DNA of 54,675 nucleotides from a virus (taxonomy: Duplodnaviria > Caudoviricetes): positions 1 to 54,675 of the IMG/VR virus record IMGVR_UViG_3300030333_004255. One strand, written 5' to 3'. Position 1 is the first letter of the stretch, and the number at the start of each line of letters is the position of its first letter. The notes beneath the pieces are model-generated. The model did not search any database. It saw only the letters and a list, made by a program, of their open reading frames with translations, and was not told where the DNA came from. A program made the translations under genes and the position numbers. Positions 8,517 to 16,439 of the stretch are shown here, in pieces.

Positions 8517-8585
8517 ATGTTAGTAGCAGCTTTCTTAACTGTAGGTTTTTTCGGGTTCGCGGGCTGGGATTTCGCACCCCGATGA
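8517..8585 (+). CDS. 22-aa hydrophobic micropeptide
   Basis: MLVAAFLTVGFFGFAGWDFAPR, preceded by the phage's conserved RBS CAGGAGATACACACAATG. Confidence 0.5.
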   Translation: MLVAAFLTVGFFGFAGWDFAPR

Positions 8586-8593
8586 ACCAGGGA

Positions 8594-8834
8594 TTGCAGT
8601 GCAATGCATGCATGGTTGCATGCAGCGTATACCCTATAGGGTATATGCGCTGCACTGCAAGGCGTTGCACACGCTACGCAACTTGCAACTATACGGAATC
8701 ATTAAAGATTCCCGTTTGAGTTGCATAGCGTTGCACTATAATTGCATGATATTTCGTAATTTTCATGCAACGTCCAACTATTTGTAATCATTAGGCTTTT
8801 CAGAGTGGGTTGCACGCCGCTTTTTTTATGCAAC
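8594..8834. repeat. TGCA-rich non-coding block
   Basis: I count 16 TGCA in about 240 bp, plus the palindrome TATACCCTATAGGGTATA. Confidence 0.75.
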
Positions 8835-8854
8835 TCACTATAGACAACAGTTAC

Positions 8855-8870
8855 TGTCCATACTTGGACA
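8855..8870. promoter_or_regulatory. Palindrome variant
   Basis: TGTCCATACTTGGACA, followed by the AAGGAG RBS. Confidence 0.8.
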
Positions 8871-8882
8871 CAAAAGGAGTTC

Positions 8883-9257
8883 GTGATGCACAACGCTCAC
8901 ACGCTACAAATTATGAACCGTCCATCGCCTAGGGCCCAAGGGCTCCTGTTTGAAACGGAACTTCACACTTTCCACCTCGTTCGTAAGGACCGGAAGGGAA
9001 AGCGATTTGAATTCCGCACGTACCAGATTGGTGGCGAAGCGGGCATGGCCCGAGTCAAGAGTGCTGACGTGGATTACACTACCTCTGGCTTCGATGGTGA
9101 GCTGGAAGCCCTAGAGGCTTTCCGTCTCCACCTGGTGAAGGCAGGTATCGTCACGAAGGTCTCGAAATTTCCGCCAAGATTTTTTCCAGGTAGAGGCCAG
9201 CGAGTCTGTCGGTTCAACCCCCACACCGACATGTTCTACGCTGTGAAGGTAAAGTAG
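8883..9257 (+). CDS. Hypothetical early protein
   Basis: 124 aa; AAGGAG RBS. Confidence 0.7.
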   Translation: MMHNAHTLQIMNRPSPRAQGLLFETELHTFHLVRKDRKGKRFEFRTYQIGGEAGMARVKSADVDYTTSGFDGELEALEAFRLHLVKAGIVTKVSKFPPRFFPGRGQRVCRFNPHTDMFYAVKVK

Positions 9258-9341
9258 TGGTACTATTTGCAAAGCTAATAGCGATACTATATCTTTTCAA
9301 ACTGATTAGCCTGGGTTGTGACTGGGCGGAGGATTTCAAAG

Positions 9342-9707
9342 ATGAATTACCAAAGACACGCTGAAGTTAGCCAAGCCATGGTTAATAAGGGCTACCCTCA
9401 ATCAATCAAAAATCTCTCGTTGGATGAGCTGGACAGAATCCAGCAGATGGAGTGCGAGCACATCATGCATCCAGCTATTTACCCTCTCGGAGAGGTGGAT
9501 GATTTGAATGAGTGTACAATTGATGAGCTAGAGGCACGCATCGACAGCTGCCTAGAGTTGGCATCGACCTACGAGCGTCGCTCGAATAACGACTTCCGTC
9601 AGGCTTGGGAGCGTATGAAGTACAGCTCGTGGGCAGAGCGAGTGATGGAAGTGGCGGACGAGCTTGCAGACTTGATCGAGTACAGAAACAACCCACCTAC
9701 ATGGTGA
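9342..9707 (+). CDS. Hypothetical acidic helical protein
   Basis: GGAGG RBS before ATG 9342; internal repeat NLSLDELD / ECTIDELE. Confidence 0.7.
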   Translation: MNYQRHAEVSQAMVNKGYPQSIKNLSLDELDRIQQMECEHIMHPAIYPLGEVDDLNECTIDELEARIDSCLELASTYERRSNNDFRQAWERMKYSSWAERVMEVADELADLIEYRNNPPTW

Positions 9708-9713
9708 ACTTAA

Positions 9714-9729
9714 TGTCCAAAGTTGGACA
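9714..9729. promoter_or_regulatory. TGTCCAA-NN-TTGGACA palindrome
   Basis: TGTCCAAAGTTGGACA. Confidence 0.85.
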
Positions 9730-9734
9730 CAAAC

Positions 9735-9912
9735 TGTAGGAGTTGTGGTCAGACCAAGAACCAACAGGCTGAATTACTGCGGAGTACTGGTAAGTCGTTC
9801 AAACAGAAGAGGCAACGGGCAGGCTGCGTGCCACCTACTGACCTCAAGCAGCTGACTTTTACCATGCCTGCACAGCTGAATAAACGGTGACGTGCTGGCC
9901 ACAACTTCTACA
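9735..9912 (+). ncRNA. Candidate 178-nt rod-like structured RNA
   Basis: 18-bp closing stem TGTAGGAGTTGTGGTCAG/CTGGCCACAACTTCTACA with two G-U pairs that work only on the + strand, plus nested inner helices; no credible + strand ORF. Confidence 0.65.
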
Positions 9913-9917
9913 TTTAA

Positions 9918-9933
9918 TGTCCAAACTTGGACA
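9918..9933. promoter_or_regulatory. TGTCCAA-NN-TTGGACA palindrome
   Basis: TGTCCAAACTTGGACA. Confidence 0.85.
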
Positions 9934-9964
9934 CAAACTGCGAGGCATACTCGCGTAAGGAAAC

Positions 9965-10648
9965 ATGAAAATGTTTGAAGCTCTTTTATATTTTCCGATG
10001 ACTGAAGACGAACGTGCTGATGGTACTTCGATACCTGGCACAGGGGCATGTAAGCTGCTCAAGAAATTTGACAGCATCCACAAGGTACTTGATTGGCTGA
10101 ATACGGTGCGGGCCCAGAATACCAAGTACATGGATACTGGTGAGGGGTTCTGTTATACCTTCCGTCTCTCTGGCTTCAAGTTCCTGGAGCTAAAAACACA
10201 TCAGTATCAAACAGAGTACTCGTCGCGCAGTGGTACGAAGTTAGATGAACTCTCATCGATGGTTTTCGATGTTAATGAATTCATCTCTCGCAATGAGGAT
10301 GATGTGGATGAGTACCTCTTCAAGTGTGTGAAGAAGCACATTATTCAGAAGTATGTCAAGTTCGTGGGGAAGCCCAACCAGTTGGGTGAAGAACTTGGGT
10401 ATGGTACCCGTGTGGTCATCAAGTCCATGGGCGAGGACTTCGCCCTGGTCCACATGGTCCCTGACGGGACGGGGCAGATAGACTTCCACTTCCAGAAGCT
10501 GGACACGTGCCAGCATGAGTGGGTGGAGTCTATGGGGTGGGCATCATACCCGGCTCCCATGGAGACCAAGCCTTCAGTTCGTACCGGTAAGTACACTTGC
10601 CGGAATTGTGGGGAAGAGCGTGTGCATCTTCAGGACACCCCCTTTTAA
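9965..10648 (+). CDS. Hypothetical protein with C-terminal Zn-ribbon (CxH...CxxC)
   Basis: 227 aa; CQHEW...CRNCG. Confidence 0.7.
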   Translation: MKMFEALLYFPMTEDERADGTSIPGTGACKLLKKFDSIHKVLDWLNTVRAQNTKYMDTGEGFCYTFRLSGFKFLELKTHQYQTEYSSRSGTKLDELSSMVFDVNEFISRNEDDVDEYLFKCVKKHIIQKYVKFVGKPNQLGEELGYGTRVVIKSMGEDFALVHMVPDGTGQIDFHFQKLDTCQHEWVESMGWASYPAPMETKPSVRTGKYTCRNCGEERVHLQDTPF

Positions 10649-10654
10649 TTTTAG

Positions 10655-10670
10655 TGTCCAAGTTTGGACA
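10655..10670. promoter_or_regulatory. TGTCCAA-NN-TTGGACA palindrome
   Basis: TGTCCAAGTTTGGACA. Confidence 0.85.
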
Positions 10671-10698
10671 GTAAGTATCCGCGAACCAGGAGAAACCA

Positions 10699-10869
10699 AT
10701 GGTAGATGATCCAACAAAACGTCCATGTCCAAAGTGTAAGTCAGACAAGGTAAGGACCTACACACACCCAAGAGGCTTATCGTTCGGCTGCTACGTGCAG
10801 TGCGACAGGTGCGTAACGGTTGTTCGAGACTACACCATAGATAACTATACATCGAAACGAAAAGGTTGA
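10699..10869 (+). CDS. Small Zn-ribbon protein, Lar-like
   Basis: My translation: MVDDPTKRPCPKCKSDKV...YVQCDRC... (56 aa); AGGAG RBS. Confidence 0.6.
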   Translation: MVDDPTKRPCPKCKSDKVRTYTHPRGLSFGCYVQCDRCVTVVRDYTIDNYTSKRKG

Positions 10870-10879
10870 GGGTTACCCA

Positions 10880-11143
10880 ATGACAATCTCTCATATGAAA
10901 GCCCTGGCTGTACTCATCATAGAGTACTCAGGTTCATCAACTCCTCATGACTTAGCAGTTGTGGCACATGCCAAAGCCCTCGTGATGGGGTTGGAGAAAC
11001 TTGAAAAGGAACTCCTGAAAATGCAGGAGGACCTTGGGGATGTATGGGTGACAGATACACGTGACCAGAGAATGTGGTCATCGATAGACGACAGGTTTGA
11101 AACAATTTTACAGGGAGAGACTAATGATCTGCCACGTAGTTAG
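10880..11143 (+). CDS. Hypothetical protein
   Basis: 87 aa in the early gene run; GAGGG RBS. Confidence 0.6.
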   Translation: MTISHMKALAVLIIEYSGSSTPHDLAVVAHAKALVMGLEKLEKELLKMQEDLGDVWVTDTRDQRMWSSIDDRFETILQGETNDLPRS

Positions 11144-11618
11144 GACAGAAGGGGGTGAGACCACCACCAAAACTTTTCAAAATCTTCTCGCCGCAGTGAG
11201 CTACATCGATGAGATGGAGGAGAAGATTGAGGGGTGGTGGAATGAACTAACCCCACGTAACTTTCAGTGTGAACTGGTATTCGAGGGAGGGTTCTCCATA
11301 CAGGAGACAGTGGTGAATGACGCTGGCACATTCACAGACCCGCAGAAAAAATTCGATGAGTGGGACCTAAGCGCACCACGAGGAAAATCATCTGGTTACA
11401 CAGCTGGGCCAAAGGGTGAGTTCATGCATGACTTTCAAACTTGGCTCATTGATGGACTGTGCTTTGAGTACGGTTTGGATGATGGGGAAGTGTACAGAAT
11501 TATACAAATGTACGTAGACGGAAAGCCCATTGTAACTGTGAGCATTGGACATGGTGGGTATACAGCCCACCGTTACAAGTGGAACGATAGTACCTTTCAT
11601 TATGAGGGGGTGTCATGA
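11124..11618 (+). CDS. Hypothetical protein
   Basis: GGGAG RBS before ATG 11124; ATGA coupling to the next gene. Confidence 0.65.
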   Translation: MICHVVRTEGGETTTKTFQNLLAAVSYIDEMEEKIEGWWNELTPRNFQCELVFEGGFSIQETVVNDAGTFTDPQKKFDEWDLSAPRGKSSGYTAGPKGEFMHDFQTWLIDGLCFEYGLDDGEVYRIIQMYVDGKPIVTVSIGHGGYTAHRYKWNDSTFHYEGVS

Positions 11619-12058
11619 CACACGAAGAAGAAATCCAAAAGCTAAAGACTACCATCTCCAAGCAACGCAAGAGTAGGAAGGAGGTAAACAAAGAGCTGGC
11701 TAATGAGAAGCTACGCTACTCAAAACTAGAGGAGAAGTTTAACAAGCTGGCCCAAAAACCTAAGACTCCACTGAGAAAACAACTTGAGAACGTCAAGAGA
11801 AACTATTCTCAGGCGTTGTCTTCCGAGCGTGAAATAAAAAGAGAGTACGATAACTTCGTCAAGGTAAATCAAAAACGTGTGGATCACTGGCAAAAGACAG
11901 CGGAGGGTTTCGCAAAGCAGGTTGAATCACTCAAGGAAGAACTTCGAAAGTCAAAACAAAATAACCGTGAAACCATGGTCGAGATTCTAGAGGCACAGCT
12001 ACCGGCAGGGTTTCACAACATCCTTAACAGGTTACTTAACCCAGAGGATTACCAATGA
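11615..12058 (+). CDS. Coiled-coil hypothetical protein
   Basis: 147 aa, K/E/Q-rich heptads. Confidence 0.7.
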   Translation: MTHEEEIQKLKTTISKQRKSRKEVNKELANEKLRYSKLEEKFNKLAQKPKTPLRKQLENVKRNYSQALSSEREIKREYDNFVKVNQKRVDHWQKTAEGFAKQVESLKEELRKSKQNNRETMVEILEAQLPAGFHNILNRLLNPEDYQ

Positions 12059-12255
12059 AAAAGCAGACACTACTTAGACAGCTAGCATCAACCCACAATC
12101 AACTGGCCGAGGCTTTGGATAGGGCAGAGGCAGCAGAGCGTAGGGCACAGCAGCCCGTAGAGGAGGAGCCAGAAGTTTCTTACAACTTCTTTGGGATTGT
12201 AATTGCCCTAGGTGTTGTAGGTGCAGGGGTGTGGGGGATGTTGACCTATGTCTAA
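12055..12255 (+). CDS. Small protein with a C-terminal transmembrane helix
   Basis: FFGIVIALGVVGAGVWGML; GAGG RBS. Confidence 0.65.
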   Translation: MKKQTLLRQLASTHNQLAEALDRAEAAERRAQQPVEEEPEVSYNFFGIVIALGVVGAGVWGMLTYV

Positions 12256-12430
12256 TGCATTTAACATAGCTCTCGTATGGAGCTGCATCATCCTAATCAT
12301 AAAAGGTATCTGGCACATGAAGGTAGGGGGAGAAGCAAACTATGAAGCGATGAAGTGGTTGTGGATTACAGCAGCGTTCTCGCTGACAGTCTTCCACGTG
12401 GTTGTAACAAATAAGAATAAGAGAACTTAG
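12248..12430 (+). CDS. Small two-TM membrane protein
   Basis: Two hydrophobic segments; overlaps the upstream stop. Confidence 0.55.
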   Translation: MSNAFNIALVWSCIILIIKGIWHMKVGGEANYEAMKWLWITAAFSLTVFHVVVTNKNKRT

Positions 12431-12459
12431 AACAGGGTAAAACACACAGGAGAACACAC

Positions 12460-12645
12460 ATGAGTTTTTTCAAGAAGAGTAATGGACAGTCAACTACCCC
12501 ACGCCAGGACATGGCGCGTCACATGGTGGAGTTCGTAGAGAATGGGGGAAGCCAGGAAGTGGCTGATGAGTTTGAAGAGGCTTCAGCTATTGGTCACCGA
12601 CCACAAGGGTGTACACGTACACCAACAAAAGAATATAGAGAGTAG
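12460..12645 (+). CDS. Hypothetical protein
   Basis: RBS AGGAGAACACACATG. Confidence 0.65.
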   Translation: MSFFKKSNGQSTTPRQDMARHMVEFVENGGSQEVADEFEEASAIGHRPQGCTRTPTKEYRE

Positions 12646-12808
12646 CTTTTTTTTCAGTAACCCTATAGACTTTAGTTAATAGATAACATAATCACCGGGG
12701 GAATAATGATAGAGGAATATTTTAAACAGGAGTTTTTAACCCCTTTGCCAGCCTTACTTGGTTGGTTGGGATTGAAGTTAACCGGATTGATTTTTACAGG
12801 AGAGTAGA

Positions 12809-12979
12809 ATGCGTAGAGGAAAAGCAGCACTTGAAGAACGTAGAAACACAGCAGCTGAGTTGAAAGCTCAGCGTGCAGCACGGTCACCTGAACAACAGCT
12901 CGAAGTAATTAAGAGCCGTCCTGGTCAGAGTGCGCGTGAGACTACACGTCTTCAGGCACAGATTAAAGCGGCTAAGTAA
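12809..12979 (+). CDS. Small basic helical protein (56 aa)
   Basis: My translation: MRRGKAALEERRNTAAELKAQRAARSPEQQL...; AGGAG RBS. Confidence 0.65.
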   Translation: MRRGKAALEERRNTAAELKAQRAARSPEQQLEVIKSRPGQSARETTRLQAQIKAAK

Positions 12980-12991
12980 AACACCACAGCC

Positions 12992-13020
12992 TGGGCATGC
13001 TTTGAACTGCCCATCTTTTT
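12992..13020 (+). terminator. Putative intrinsic terminator or small pseudoknot
   Basis: TGGGCA-N10-TGCCCA followed by TCTTTTT. Confidence 0.5.
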
Positions 13021-13022
13021 AA

Positions 13023-13038
13023 TGTCCAAGTTTGGACA
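13023..13038. promoter_or_regulatory. TGTCCAA-NN-TTGGACA palindrome
   Basis: TGTCCAAGTTTGGACA. Confidence 0.85.
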
Positions 13039-13058
13039 CTAACTTATCGGAGACACAC

Positions 13059-13646
13059 ATGACAGTAGTAGCAGCAGGACCAATTATCGAAGCAACCAAG
13101 AAGACCAAGGGTCGAGACGGTAGCTCTCACTTCCTAACTCTCATCGGCGAGCGTCCCAATGGTAGCCAATGGGGTGGCGAGATGACCGAGGAGATCCTAG
13201 AGTTGTTCATCGCCACGGGTACCGTGGTTCCTCACGAGGAGCTGAGTCCCAACCAGGTAACCAAGGGGTGTGTCTACGTGAAGGTGGCTCAGGGTTTGGT
13301 GAGTAAACTTTTTCCCAACGCAACCTTCGACGTTCAGACTTCAAACAACCTCCTTCGATCTCAAATCCTAGTGGTGAGAAAGTCTATCCACGAGGGGCAG
13401 TTCGATGAAGACGGTAATCCTTTCAACGGGGTTGAGAATAAGTTCGAGCTTCAGACGAAGGTGCCTTTCGATGGGCAGGCCACCGATGAAGCTTGGGTAA
13501 TCCTCGGGCCTGGGGCTGACGGTCTTGTGATTTACACCACCTACCCTGGCCCGCTCCTAGGGGACATGCCAGAAAATTGGGATGGTAACGCGGATAAGCT
13601 GGACTTGTACCGGGATGCGTACCCGGTCAAGCGTTACCAGGGTTAA
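13059..13646 (+). CDS. Hypothetical protein
   Basis: Start reassigned to GGAGACACACATG (13059); VILGP...IYTTYPGP. Confidence 0.75.
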   Translation: MTVVAAGPIIEATKKTKGRDGSSHFLTLIGERPNGSQWGGEMTEEILELFIATGTVVPHEELSPNQVTKGCVYVKVAQGLVSKLFPNATFDVQTSNNLLRSQILVVRKSIHEGQFDEDGNPFNGVENKFELQTKVPFDGQATDEAWVILGPGADGLVIYTTYPGPLLGDMPENWDGNADKLDLYRDAYPVKRYQG

Positions 13647-13656
13647 CAAACAGGGT

Positions 13657-13744
13657 ACCCCTGCCCGAGGTGTTGCCTGGTGGCATACCCCAATGGAGCG
13701 CGCACTCCGGGGAGGCGTTGGTTCAAATCCAACCGGGCGGGGGT
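13657..13744 (+). ncRNA. tRNA-like RNA without a canonical anticodon loop
   Basis: Perfect T-arm GTTGG-TTCAAAT-CCAAC stacked on an 11-bp stem (13657-13667/13734-13744); D-like arm TGCC-TGGT-GGCA; no CCA. Confidence 0.6.
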
Positions 13745-13753
13745 TCAGTTTTC

Positions 13754-13769
13754 TGTCCAACTTTGGACA
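13754..13769. promoter_or_regulatory. TGTCCAA-NN-TTGGACA palindrome
   Basis: TGTCCAACTTTGGACA. Confidence 0.85.
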
Positions 13770-13787
13770 CTAACGAAAGGTTAGAAG

Positions 13788-14234
13788 ATGTGGAAAATAA
13801 ATTTCCCAGAGGGAAGTAAAGTACGAGTGTACCACGACAACGAGAAGGCTTGCTCAGGTTACTCTGATGAGTTTTTAATTAAGGGTCCGCGACCAAGTGA
13901 GATCGTGAGCATCTACCCTGAAGATGGGTTTGAGTCTGAACTGCTGATGGATTTGGTTGGTGGTTCCACCGTTCAGATGAATATGCGGTGGGGTGAAGGC
14001 CCGCGCTACGATCCTGACGGTAGCCTCGTAGATGAGGAACACCTCATCAGTTGTACAATTGAAGAGTACTGCGAAGCATTCTTCAAACGTGAGGATTCAG
14101 AAGAACTATTCAATGGTTTCTGGAGCGGGCAGTACTATCACTGCTTCCACATCGATACCAGCTACTGCAAGATTGCAAGCGGTACTTCAGGTGCTGGGGG
14201 TTTTGTGCTTCGAAATCCAAAGGATAAGTCATGA
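13788..14234 (+). CDS. Hypothetical protein
   Basis: 148 aa; ATGA-coupled to the next gene. Confidence 0.7.
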   Translation: MWKINFPEGSKVRVYHDNEKACSGYSDEFLIKGPRPSEIVSIYPEDGFESELLMDLVGGSTVQMNMRWGEGPRYDPDGSLVDEEHLISCTIEEYCEAFFKREDSEELFNGFWSGQYYHCFHIDTSYCKIASGTSGAGGFVLRNPKDKS

Positions 14235-14635
14235 CTAACAAAGAAGACATAGTGATGACCTTTGGTGGGGACACCAGGCTAGCTTGTAAGAACACCCTTC
14301 CTACACCTAAACAAATCGCAAAGTCCGTATGCTTCCGTAAAGAAATTGATTGGAAGATTTGGGCCAACGACACCTGTGTACGAGAACGAGATTTTGAAAC
14401 AGAAGTATTTGATAGTGAGCGAGAACAACTGCATCACGCTGCGTCAATCTGTCGTGACTTGTACAAGATTCAGAAGGGGCGCAAGTCAGTCACACTACAC
14501 GCATGGAGGAGAGGAACGAAAACAGGTTTGTTTATCCTCCGCTTCCATGGTCGTGAAGACTGCGCCATGAATCTAAACAACTGGAAAATCTATGAGCTGT
14601 GGTGTGAACGCTGCGACAAGGAGAGATGGGTGTGA
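14231..14635 (+). CDS. Hypothetical protein
   Basis: 134 aa; AAGGA RBS. Confidence 0.65.
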   Translation: MTNKEDIVMTFGGDTRLACKNTLPTPKQIAKSVCFRKEIDWKIWANDTCVRERDFETEVFDSEREQLHHAASICRDLYKIQKGRKSVTLHAWRRGTKTGLFILRFHGREDCAMNLNNWKIYELWCERCDKERWV

Positions 14636-15027
14636 GAGAACTAAAAGTATTTAGGGTTGACCACCTTGGCTACACCTGGTGCCAGAGTTGTATGTTTCAA
14701 GGCAACCCTGGGAAGTGTGACGAGACGTTTGCGTCAGTGCCTGACGAGCACCTTGGTTATGAAGACAAGTGCGATGGTTGCGAATCACCTACGGAGGATT
14801 GGCCTGGTATGCCTTGGCATACAAACGGACGCCTACCTGTATGGCCTGAAGGTTGTATCAACAAGTTCATTGAGCAGTGGGGTGAACCTCTTCGAAGGCA
14901 AGGCTTATCGGAAAAGGAAATATATAAACACTGGTGGGAGAAACACTATGGAATACCACATCAGGAGATTGAACGAGAGTTGAAACTACAACGCGAGGCT
15001 TGGCCCATAGCTAAGGAGAAGTCATGA
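14626..15027 (+). CDS. Hypothetical protein with two CxxC pairs
   Basis: CQSC...CDGC; AAGGAG RBS. Confidence 0.65.
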   Translation: MGVRELKVFRVDHLGYTWCQSCMFQGNPGKCDETFASVPDEHLGYEDKCDGCESPTEDWPGMPWHTNGRLPVWPEGCINKFIEQWGEPLRRQGLSEKEIYKHWWEKHYGIPHQEIERELKLQREAWPIAKEKS

Positions 15028-15323
15028 GCAGAACATTAGTTGAATCCTTTTCAAATGGATTTCTGAAACCATCAGAATGTTTGGATGACTTCCTTGCTGA
15101 TGAGTGGGGAGTCACTGATGAATACGGTTGCTGGTACATAGCTCAGTGGGAGGGTGACATGGATGACTCACCCCATGCAGCTGACTTACAATACGATGGC
15201 AAACGTTACATCTTCAACACGTATTATTCTGGGCCAGGTGTAGTGGTAAGGGGCTGCACGTATGGTGACAGAGAACTAGCAATCAAAGCTTTCAAAAAGT
15301 TAATGTCCAATGTTGGACAGTAA
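15024..15323 (+). CDS. Hypothetical protein
   Basis: 99 aa; AAGGAG RBS; 3' end runs through a palindrome. Confidence 0.65.
   Translation: MSRTLVESFSNGFLKPSECLDDFLADEWGVTDEYGCWYIAQWEGDMDDSPHAADLQYDGKRYIFNTYYSGPGVVVRGCTYGDRELAIKAFKKLMSNVGQ
15304..15319. promoter_or_regulatory. TGTCCAA-NN-TTGGACA palindrome
   Basis: TGTCCAATGTTGGACA. Confidence 0.85.
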
Positions 15324-15333
15324 GGAGAGACAC

Positions 15334-15582
15334 ATGAGTAACCCATTCCCAGACACACAGTATGACGCACTACTAAAGAAAGTTATGAACGAGTTTGCAC
15401 ATATGAAAAACCATCTAACCTATATGGAAAAACAGTGTGATGAGTTCCGTATGTACATCGAGGAACTCGAAGATGAGCTGATTCGGTTTCAAGATCCTGA
15501 TGCTACAGCTGAGGACTACCAGGTTCCTACTCAATATGGACAGCCAGGTGCAGGGAAGACTTACGCTGTAGAGGGAGAGTAA
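15334..15582 (+). CDS. Hypothetical coiled-coil protein
   Basis: Start reassigned to AAGGAGAGACACATG. Confidence 0.65.
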   Translation: MSNPFPDTQYDALLKKVMNEFAHMKNHLTYMEKQCDEFRMYIEELEDELIRFQDPDATAEDYQVPTQYGQPGAGKTYAVEGE

Positions 15583-15584
15583 AG

Positions 15585-16121
15585 ATGGGAGTGTACACAC
15601 ATTTATTAAACAAGTCCAAACCATGGACGGTGCCAGGTTTAGGCAAGGTATTCAATTTGAAGTACTCACATCGCAGTTCGGATGAGAACATCAACAAGTG
15701 GCACAGCGAGGACAAGGAGGGGAAACGAATCACTTCTCTTGCACTCGCACGTAATCAAAGGTCTGTAGATAACTGGTTCCCAACTGAGTACGTTTATTTT
15801 GCTTACGATTTAGATGACCAGGAAGTGGGCTCCATCTTCAAGGTTTTCCGGGGGAGGACAGACAACAGGGACCTACGAGTCTGGTACGACTGCAATGACG
15901 ACCCTGGTGAATGGGTGGGCACTGTAGAAGTACTCAACCTAAAGCCTCGAAAGAAACTTCGTTACCTACCTGTACCTCCTAGACCAGTGGATGAAACGAA
16001 AGAGACTTACATCTGCGAAGAATGCAATGAGGAAAAACCCTGGTCTAACGGAAGCGATTCATCTCCAGAGTGTGATGACTGTTGGGCCAAGAACCAGGAG
16101 AACGAGGGTGAAAACCTATAA
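15585..16121 (+). CDS. Hypothetical protein with C-terminal Zn finger
   Basis: CEEC...CDDC; GGGAG RBS. Confidence 0.7.
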   Translation: MGVYTHLLNKSKPWTVPGLGKVFNLKYSHRSSDENINKWHSEDKEGKRITSLALARNQRSVDNWFPTEYVYFAYDLDDQEVGSIFKVFRGRTDNRDLRVWYDCNDDPGEWVGTVEVLNLKPRKKLRYLPVPPRPVDETKETYICEECNEEKPWSNGSDSSPECDDCWAKNQENEGENL

Positions 16122-16380
16122 ATATAAAGTCAAACTCTTCATTGACGACTCAACCAACAAAGGCGTCCGTCGTTTGATGTACGGTGTTTATGACTACTGT
16201 GAGCAGCACGAGTATTTCAGAGAGGCAGAGTTCGAGAAGGTGTGGACTGCTATCATGCCCATAAGGCTAGAAGCTTTCAACTCTCGTATACTTGGAAATA
16301 TGGATTCGCAAGTTGTGCCTGAAGTCGTCAGCGTTACTAAAAGCTACTGGAAAAACTACCGTAAAAGATACGGACTATAG
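16108..16380 (+). CDS. Hypothetical protein
   Basis: GTG start after AGGAG. Confidence 0.55.
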   Translation: MKTYKYKVKLFIDDSTNKGVRRLMYGVYDYCEQHEYFREAEFEKVWTAIMPIRLEAFNSRILGNMDSQVVPEVVSVTKSYWKNYRKRYGL

Positions 16381-16439
16381 GAGAACACACATGGGTAAAG
16401 CAGAAGACGTTATCAGTGAAGAGAAGAGGAGACTTCGTG

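Noticed and set aside
8001-8893. The many overlapping 60-130-aa ORFs in the repeat region
   Set aside because: They are low-complexity translations of DNA repeats on both strands, without RBSs.
9774-10131. Minus-strand ORFs over the candidate ncRNA
   Set aside because: They run against the transcription direction of the arm, cross a palindrome and overlap gene 9965.
13657-13744. A functional decoding tRNA, including tRNA-Sec
   Set aside because: There is no 7-nt anticodon loop with U33, no TCA anticodon and no CCA, so it is kept only as tRNA-like.
15612-15630. AGTCCAAACCATGGACG as a 14th palindrome
   Set aside because: It has several mismatches and a different spacer, and lies inside a coding sequence.
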